Below, piece by piece: positions 56,719 to 64,000 of a stretch of DNA of 64,000 nt; the stretch's first letter is position 1; each line of letters begins with the position of its first letter. This stretch comes from Gammaproteobacteria bacterium (GTDB lineage: Bacteria; Pseudomonadota; Gammaproteobacteria; Eutrophobiales; Eutrophobiaceae). The DNA is taken from contig CBDCTH010000012.1 of assembly GCA_965222155.1 (NCBI GenBank), forward strand, positions 3,296,001 through 3,360,000. The letters run 5' to 3'. A model generated the notes under the pieces. It ran no database searches. It had not been told where the DNA came from and saw only the letters and a program-made list of their open reading frames with translations. The position numbers were made by a program, and so were the translations under genes.

Positions 56719-56732
56719 TTATCAAACGATAA
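56719..56732. promoter_or_regulatory. Near-palindrome TTATCAAACGATAA (third candidate operator)
   Basis: One mismatch to TTATCA-N2-TGATAA, ~25 bp upstream of the FGE/amidohydrolase unit. Confidence 0.5.
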
Positions 56733-56760
56733 TTTTAATGCCAATTCTTTAATTGTAAAA

Positions 56761-57225
56761 CCCTAATCCCGCATTAGAAAGTGCGGGAATCAAAAAAGCC
56801 TTGTCTGTATGAAGTTATGAGATTAACGACTATCAGCCGATGGGTGCACAGACAAGGCTTATGCAAATCATACCGTACAGAATCGCAACTACCAACGATT
56901 GATTGACCGGGCGCGGTGGCCTAGTGTGTGTTGTCGAATGACTGCGGCAGATAGGGTTTTCGGCCTGGGTGGAGGAGCACTTTCCTGTGCCCGGCAGCAA
57001 TCGGGGTTACCGGCCCTCGGACGTAGTGTCCTTATGGATGCTGATGTTGCACGACGGGGCGCGTTGTCTGGAGGACGTTCGGCCTATCCGGCAAGACAAG
57101 GCATTGAGGAAGTTGTCAGGGTTGCGGCGGCTACCGAGAGCGGACCTGTTGGGGGACTGGTTGCGGCGCCTGGGCAAGGGCGAGGTTGGTATCAAGGCGT
57201 TGGTGGCAATGAACCGGCGGGGGGC
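56761..57225 (+). mobile_element. Truncated, frameshifted IS1380-family element (left end + 5' of transposase)
   Basis: End-like CCCTAATCCCGCATT; MQIIPYRIATTND..., HFPVPGSNRGYRPS, LEDVR and LGDWLRRLG; broken frame and no DDE core. Confidence 0.75.
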
Positions 57226-57479
57226 GGGTCACCCATCCCTGTCTTATCGTCCTGACCACGTTAATCTGCCCGGTATGGTCCAAATCCAGCGTGAGCGCGC
57301 GATAACCTACCCTATACAAGGGTAAACCATGGCTCATTGCTATTGAGTAAGGCACTACAAATAGGCAGAATGCGCCTTGAATGACTGTTTCAAATCTCTA
57401 ACGCGGGATTTGGGATCCTGGATGTTTTTGATAAGTTAAGGATAAAATAACACTTGCCAAAGAAAGAGGAGTATCGTCG

Positions 57480-58703
57480 ATGAAAATCGATCTGGAAATC
57501 TTGAAGAACGCGGTAGCCGGAACTGCTGCTGCATTTCGTTGTGTTACTGACTATCAACCAGCGGGGGGCGCAGGTGATAAAATATTTCCGCCGACTTACG
57601 CAGGTGGGAAATACGCAACCGAAGAACGCATCGACACTGAAACTGGAGAAGTTCGTAAATGCGTTCTACTGGATTCAGTACAATCGCAAGCTAACCGTAT
57701 GGAGTTGGCCTTGCTGGACGCGCAGCGCGCCGGCAAGGTGGACCTGCCATTGCTGCTGACTCGTTTCGACCAACCAGAGTTACCCAGAAAATTTACAGTC
57801 ACCAGCCTTGAAGCGCCTCACCGCATAGCCGACGCGTTATTTCGCGACAGTCTGCTGAATGGCACAATTTTTCGCAAGTCGGACAAAGGCAGACTGCTCG
57901 ACTCAGCAGATATACGCAATGCCACCGGGTTGTTCGGACTTTGCCCTACTGCTCTGGCGTTCGGGTTGTGGGATTCGGTAGGACCTCGCGGGCAGCTTGG
58001 GTGTAAATTTCAAAGGGCAATTGTATCGGAAATTGTGGGGTATGACGCGATCCCCGGAAAAAAAACGTCCAGCCGCCTTGACCCGGCTCAAATAATGCTT
58101 GACGCAGGCCCGCTATATGCACGGGAAGCAGCTGGAGATGATGCGCCGGATTGGACTCTGGATGACGGGTCTGCTGTAACTGAAAAATCCAAGCCTAAAA
58201 AAGTGGGTAAAAAAGGCAAAGGCAACCCATCAGACGTGCTTCATGGAAACATAGCACCAAGTGTTTCAGATGGCGGCTTCACCATATCCAAAGCAAAACA
58301 AACGACAACTTTATCTTTAGCTGTCCTGCGCCGTCTACGCTTCCCGCTCAACGGCGGCACAGACTCGGATCATGATAATATAAATCTGGCGGCACGCACT
58401 ACTTTAGCGGCTTTAGGTTTAGCCGCCGGCAGCCTGGCACGGGTCGATACAGACCTTCGTTCCCGGTGCCAGTTGTTTGCGGAGCATGAGCCGGTCTGGG
58501 TGCTGCTCGACCGTCCTGGAGAAATTGCCCAGGAATACGAGCTAGCCCCTGGTGACGCTCTCAATCTGCTCCAAGCGACAATTGCCGAAGCCAAATCTGT
58601 CGGCCTCCCCTGGGAGGATGAAATCGAGTTGACCCCGTCTCCTGATCTTGTTGAGTTAGTACGGCGCAGCCAGGAACTGGCAATCGCCCAGAGAACTGAC
58701 TAA
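57480..58703 (+). CDS. cas7: Type I-G (I-U) CRISPR-associated Cas7/Csb1
   Basis: KIFPPTY, LLDSVQSQANRME, APHRIADA, PTALAFGLWDS and LRSRC; GAGGAG RBS. Confidence 0.93.
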   Translation: MKIDLEILKNAVAGTAAAFRCVTDYQPAGGAGDKIFPPTYAGGKYATEERIDTETGEVRKCVLLDSVQSQANRMELALLDAQRAGKVDLPLLLTRFDQPELPRKFTVTSLEAPHRIADALFRDSLLNGTIFRKSDKGRLLDSADIRNATGLFGLCPTALAFGLWDSVGPRGQLGCKFQRAIVSEIVGYDAIPGKKTSSRLDPAQIMLDAGPLYAREAAGDDAPDWTLDDGSAVTEKSKPKKVGKKGKGNPSDVLHGNIAPSVSDGGFTISKAKQTTTLSLAVLRRLRFPLNGGTDSDHDNINLAARTTLAALGLAAGSLARVDTDLRSRCQLFAEHEPVWVLLDRPGEIAQEYELAPGDALNLLQATIAEAKSVGLPWEDEIELTPSPDLVELVRRSQELAIAQRTD

Positions 58704-58708
58704 ATCCG

Positions 58709-61048
58709 ATGTTTGCCCTTGGCATCAACTACCTGAACGGGTGGTCGATGGCCGCTGCCGACGGCGCCGGAAAAGAACAGGCTGAATGGCCGCCCCATCC
58801 GGACCGGGTTTTCATGGCGTTGGCTGCTGCCTGGTTCGAAACGGACGAAGATCCTGTAGAAGCTGAAGCGTTACGCTGGCTTGAAACTCTACCTCCTCCC
58901 GCCATTGCCGCTTCAGGTGCGACCTACCGCAGCAGTTTTACCAGTTTTGTGCCGGTGAACGATGCCAGTCTCAGAAAGATACCCAATAGCAGAGAACTGA
59001 AAAAACTCAAGGCTGCCGGGCTCGCCCTGTTGCCAGAGTATCGCTCACGTCAGCCGCGCGGTTTCCCGGTTGCCATTCCCCATGACCCGACGGTGTACCT
59101 GATCTGGTCAGAAGCAGAATTGGGCATACATCGTCCGGCAATGAAAAAGCTGGCATTCAAGCTTACCCACATAGGACATTCTGCTTCTTTTGTGCAGGCT
59201 TGGTTAGAGGAAGATAGCAATGTTACCCAACACTGGGTACCTACAGATGGTATTGCCGACCACAGATTGCGAGTTCCTTCCACAGGCAGACTGAATCAAC
59301 TTGCCCAGGCTTGCAATCAAAACGAATGGTTCGCTTATCATGATCTGCGCAATGAAATAGAACGGGCAGAAGCAGACCACAAGGCCATGAAGCATCCACC
59401 TAGGGTACCTTGGGGAGATTTTCCGGACGCAGTATTATTGGTCGGCGAATCTGAGACCAAACAGCATACGGAATATCACAATGCCAAAACAGGCAATGCC
59501 GTTGCAGCCGGTAATCTTGTTAGCGATCTGGTTGACGATGGGGGAATTGCATCAGTCAAGACGCTGATTTCAGAATTCTGTGATAGCGGAAAGCTCACTC
59601 TGGTGAGCGCACACGCCCGGGAACGAGAAGGCATCAATGCAATTCCAATCGCTTTGGCAAGATTGCTCAGCGAGAGACTCGAAATAGAATATGAATCTAC
59701 CGTCGTACAGACAAATGTGGTATCTCACACAGGCGCAGATGGCTATGGACGTCTTGCCCGTCAGGCTCACTTTACTGGCAAACTCGATAGAGGAAACGAA
59801 TACATCATGGTAGATGACTTCATCGGTCAAGGCGGAACAGTGGCAAACCTGCGTGGCTGGATTGAGCAACAAGGCGGTAAGGTCATCGGCGCTGTAGCGC
59901 TGACCGGTAAGCCTTATTCTGCTAAACTAAGCCCCACACAGGAGCAATTAAATGAACTCAGACAACAACACGGCACGGATTTTGAAAAATGGTGGCGGGA
60001 ACACTTCGGCCACACCTTCTCTTGCCTTACTCAATCAGAGGCTCGGTACCTCACTCGCTCCCCGGACTTTGACACCATACGAAATCGACTTGCTGCAGCA
60101 AAGCAAAAAGGAGATAGCACAAGTGGTGTACGAAGTCCTCGCGAACAAGAAAAATACAAATCGGAACTGAAAACGCGTCTGCAAACCCGGTTCCCTGATG
60201 GGCAGCCTGTAACCCTGCGTCCGGGACCAGGTCGCTGGCAAGGGTACAGCAGACACCTGGAAGTTCCATTATCCACAGAAGCGCCCGGTTCGGTCTTTGA
60301 CCCCCGCTTTATCGTTCTCTGCATAAAAGGAAAACGCGTATCCTTGCCGACAACCCTTAAACTTACCGCGGCCCTGCGCGGTCTGCTGATGACCTGTTCT
60401 TCAAGCCAACCTCCACCGGAATGGTTTAGCGGCCACCGCTCGGATGGGACGCCGTCCACAGCGCCGCATATTGCATTGGTTCCTCTCCCTTTTGTTGGCG
60501 CCGAACATGCAGATGGGCGGATTATGGGTTTGGGTCTGATCCTGCCTGCAAAACTGGACCCGCATGATGCCAAAAACTGCCTTGAGACCTTCCTGCACGA
60601 TCCTGCTACGGGACTGCCGCATCAGCACACGCTCTTTGACGGTCAATGGTTCGAGAGCATATTGGAACTGGAAACGCGTGAACGTCCACCGAAAAATCTT
60701 ATCCCGCACACGTGGACCAAGCCGTCACGTGTCTGGGCCAGTGTAACACCGGTGGTTTTGAACAGGCATTTTAGCGGAGAGGACAAATTTCAAAGGGCCA
60801 CAGAAAGTGTAAAAGACGCTTGCGAACATATAGGATTGCCACAGCCTCGTGAAGTATTGCTGTCTCCCGTTTCTATGGTTGAAGGCGTCCCTCCTGCCCG
60901 GAACTATCCAAAGCTGATCCGTAAAAAAGATAACGGAAAACAAAGCCACAACCATGCAATCATCGTCTTTGACGAACCTGTGAACGGGCCGGTACTCATC
61001 GGCGCTGGCCGTTTCAGAGGATACGGACTGTGCCGTCCTCTGGATTAG
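58709..61048 (+). CDS. csb2: Type I-G Csb2 (Cas5/Cas6 fusion) with an internal PRTase domain
   Basis: N-terminal EWPPHPDRVFMAL, FVPVND and IGHSAS; C-terminal WASVTPVVL and GPVLIGAGRFRGYGLC; insert at ~59387-60115 containing VDDFIGQGGT. Confidence 0.92.
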   Translation: MFALGINYLNGWSMAAADGAGKEQAEWPPHPDRVFMALAAAWFETDEDPVEAEALRWLETLPPPAIAASGATYRSSFTSFVPVNDASLRKIPNSRELKKLKAAGLALLPEYRSRQPRGFPVAIPHDPTVYLIWSEAELGIHRPAMKKLAFKLTHIGHSASFVQAWLEEDSNVTQHWVPTDGIADHRLRVPSTGRLNQLAQACNQNEWFAYHDLRNEIERAEADHKAMKHPPRVPWGDFPDAVLLVGESETKQHTEYHNAKTGNAVAAGNLVSDLVDDGGIASVKTLISEFCDSGKLTLVSAHAREREGINAIPIALARLLSERLEIEYESTVVQTNVVSHTGADGYGRLARQAHFTGKLDRGNEYIMVDDFIGQGGTVANLRGWIEQQGGKVIGAVALTGKPYSAKLSPTQEQLNELRQQHGTDFEKWWREHFGHTFSCLTQSEARYLTRSPDFDTIRNRLAAAKQKGDSTSGVRSPREQEKYKSELKTRLQTRFPDGQPVTLRPGPGRWQGYSRHLEVPLSTEAPGSVFDPRFIVLCIKGKRVSLPTTLKLTAALRGLLMTCSSSQPPPEWFSGHRSDGTPSTAPHIALVPLPFVGAEHADGRIMGLGLILPAKLDPHDAKNCLETFLHDPATGLPHQHTLFDGQWFESILELETRERPPKNLIPHTWTKPSRVWASVTPVVLNRHFSGEDKFQRATESVKDACEHIGLPQPREVLLSPVSMVEGVPPARNYPKLIRKKDNGKQSHNHAIIVFDEPVNGPVLIGAGRFRGYGLCRPLD

Positions 61049-61065
61049 ACCGAAAAGAAAGCCTG

Positions 61066-64000
61066 ATGATGCCCCCGACAGAATTACAGCCGACGGATTT
61101 TCTCGACTTTTTTATAGCGCTCTGGGGAGAAGACAAACCGCCGTTCGCCTGGCAGCAACAACTGGCAAACAGGGTATTGGAAAATGCGCCGGAACTGAAT
61201 AGAGACAAGTCAACTTCCGAAACGTCTGACAAACAAACACCAAGGTCGCCCTGGCCCGGCGCCATCGCCCTGCCGACCGCATCCGGCAAGACAGCTTGTA
61301 TGGATATCGCGCTATTCGCTTTGGCAAGTCAGGCCTGTCGAATGGCTGACAAGCAAGCTATGACTGCCCCGCGTCGCATATTCTTCGTGGTGGACCGACG
61401 AATGATCGTGGATGAGGCCTATGAACGCGCCCGATACCTGAGCAATAAACTGAAGCAGGCTCAAGAGGGCATACTCAAGCGCGTTGCGGACAATCTGCGA
61501 GTTATTGCCCGCGGGGAAACCACTGATTCCGACCAGGAACGGCCGCTGGAGGCTTATCTCTTGCGCGGCGGGATGTACCGATCCGAAGCCTGGGCGCGCA
61601 ATCCCCTGCAACCGATAATAGTTGCATCGACTGTTGATCAAATCGGTTCCCGTCTGCTTTTTCGCGCCTATGGCCGAAGTTCAGGAATCTGGCCTATCTA
61701 TGCGGGACTTATCGCCAATGATAGTTTAATCCTGCTGGATGAGGCTCATTGCGCTCGGCCATTTCTGCAAACCTTAAAAGCAATACAACGCTATCAGACA
61801 TGGGCGCATGAATCCTTGGGCCGGCCATTCTACCCTGTCGTTATGTCTGCTACACCGCCCCCGAATATAAACGATGTATTCGAGGATTTGTCAGAGGAAA
61901 AGTACAATCCCGAGCACCCGTTGGGCCGTCGCTACAGGGCTTCCAAGCCCACGAAACTTAATGTGGTAGAAGATGCCAAGGGAACGCAGGCAACAACGAA
62001 GTTAGCTAAAGCCATGGCTGATGCTGCATCAGACCTGATCAATGAAGAACGCCGCGCTATCGTGATATTTGTAAACCGTGTGGCCACGGCGCGGGAGACT
62101 TCCCGGTTGCTAAGCGCAGACTATGGAGAACGAGCTATCTTGCTAACAGGCCGCATGCGCCCCGTTGATAGAGACGCCATCGTGCGGAAGCATTTGCATA
62201 TTCTGCGATCTGACCAGTCCGCTCAGCGGTCACTACCGGAACCTCATATCGTCGTAGCCACCCAAACACTGGAAGTCGGCGCTGATCTTGACTTTGATGG
62301 CCTTGTCAGCGAATGCGCCAGTCTTGATGCGCTACGCCAACGCTTTGGCCGCTTAAATCGCACCGGCAGACCGATTGAAGCAAGAGCGACAGTACTCATT
62401 CGCGCCGACCAAGCTGACAATATGAAAAACAATGACGACCCTGTCTATGGCATGGCCCTGACCAAAACCTGGGATTGGCTACAGAAAAACAAGGATGAAA
62501 ACAATGTGGTCGATTTCGGCATTGCTTATCTTAATGAGAAGTTGCCTGCAGGCGAATGCCCTCACTGAATTGAACTCTCCCTCAGTCGACGCACCCGTTA
62601 TGCTGCCCACCCATGTCGATTGCTGGGCGCAGACCTCGCCGGCGCCACAACCCTCTCCCGACGTTGCCCCGTTCCTGCATGGTCCCCGTGAAGGCGCAGC
62701 GGATGTGCAGGTATGCTGGCGCGCAGATATGGATTTAACAAATGACGCAAGTCAAAAAGAGGCTATCGAATCATTGTCTCTATGTCCACCGAGCAGCAGT
62801 GAGACATTGCCGGTACCGTTCAACGTTTTTAAACACTGGTTAGCTGGAAATGACAAGGAAGACAACAGCGCTGACCTGGAGGGCTCGCAAACGGAAGCTG
62901 ATATAGACAAAACAAGCCCAGCGGCTGCCGACGCCCATGTAATCCGATGGTTCGGCGCTGATACAAAACTGGAATACATCACAGCAGATCCCGCAGAGAT
63001 ACGCCCTGGTGATGGTATCGTTATCCCGGTTGACCATCCGTATCCCAGGCATCGACTTGGTGACCTGCCAGAAGACGCAGACCTGGACGTGGGAGATCGG
63101 GCCTATAGATTAAATCGGGCAAAATCCATTTTGCGTTTACACCCGCGTCTGGTGGATAGCTGGTCTGTCCCTGATGAGATCAAAGACAGCGCCCGCGTAT
63201 TGCTGAACGACCTGCAACGAAAACAAGATGAAGACCCGGATGAGATAATCAGGTCATTGCACAGTCTGCTATCTGAACTTGCCAGTGTACCCGAACCATC
63301 TTGGTTATCTGAAGTCGCTGACGAACTCATGAATGAGTTTCCAGAGCAAAAACTGGGGCAGGCTTACCACATTATCAACGATAATCACCTCATAATCCGT
63401 GGACGCCGCCTGATCCTCGAACTCACACCTGAAGCTGATAGCTTCAGTGATGAGGACGATGTCAGCGCATCCGGCATTTCACACCGTAATGGCCAACCCG
63501 TCCGGCTTAGCGCGCATCTCCCCGGTGTTGAGAACTTTGCCCGCCGTCATGGGGCAGCTTGTGGATTGCCGGACGAGTTGGTTGAAGCCATCGCTCGCGC
63601 CGGCCTGTTACATGATTTAGGCAAGGCCGACCCTCGATTTCAATCGTGGTTGCGTGGTGGCGTTCCCTGGTTGGGAGGCGATCCGTTTGCCAAGTCTGCC
63701 GGGATACCAAAGACCCGTGAGGCCCGGCGGCGTGCTTATAAGAACTCCGGGTATCCGCGTGGTGGCCGACATGAATTACTGTCTGTACGTATGACCGTAA
63801 ACACCCCAGCCCTACTGCCTGAAAATAATGATCTGTGCGATTTGGTCCTGCACTTAATCGCCAGCCATCATGGATACTGTCGCCCCTTCGCACCGGTTGT
63901 AATCGATAAACAGAACGTGCAAGTCAATTTTGAGTTAGGTGGTCATCATCTGCACTGGCGCGGACCCACCGGTCTTGAACGTCTGGATTCCGGCGTTGCC
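61066..64000 (+). pseudogene. cas3: Type I-G Cas3 (N-terminal SF2 helicase, C-terminal HD) split by a frameshift at ~62557; runs off the window
   Basis: LPTASGKT, LDEAH, MSATP and QRFGRLNR up to the stop at 62568. The +1 frame from 62558 is open to the window end, with PVMLPTHVDCWAQTSP, LSAHL, LHDLGK (63611), RHE and SHHG. Confidence 0.88.

Noticed and set aside
59387-60115. Csb2 insert as an intein or homing endonuclease
   Set aside because: It lacks a Cys/Ser start, His-Asn end and LAGLIDADG/HNH motifs, and has a PRPP-binding motif instead.

Overview
64 kb of bacterial chromosome, probably from a gammaproteobacterium (inferred from the gene families and REP-like repeats). Left to right: a partial TonB-dependent receptor, cupredoxin, Phd/VapC toxin-antitoxin (TA) pair, DUF62 SAM hydrolase, cysC, a GATase, addA/addB separated by a tandemly amplified REP-derived repeat, and an M48 peptidase. 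At 13.0-26.9 kb is an ~11-gene envelope operon: lipoproteins, TPR, PEGA-FGE, a MotA/ExbB channel, an actin/Hsp70-like-FHA protein and two vWA proteins with ExbD-like anchors. It is interrupted by an RlmJ-like + MNT-HEPN cassette. Next come a DUF1778-GNAT TA pair and a catabolic region (28-56.7 kb) of hydrolases, flavoproteins, cupins, a minimal PEP-synthase-like kinase and a triple-RidA protein, part of which shares a candidate TetR operator. An IS1380 remnant precedes the start of a type I-G CRISPR-Cas operon (cas7/csb1, csb2, cas3). The strongest candidate novelty is that Csb2 carries an in-frame phosphoribosyltransferase (PRTase) domain insertion, next to a cas3 split by a single frameshift. 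The second is the uncharacterised ExbB + twin-vWA motor-like operon. No rRNA, tRNA or CRISPR array was seen. All family calls come from motif recognition by eye; no searches were run.
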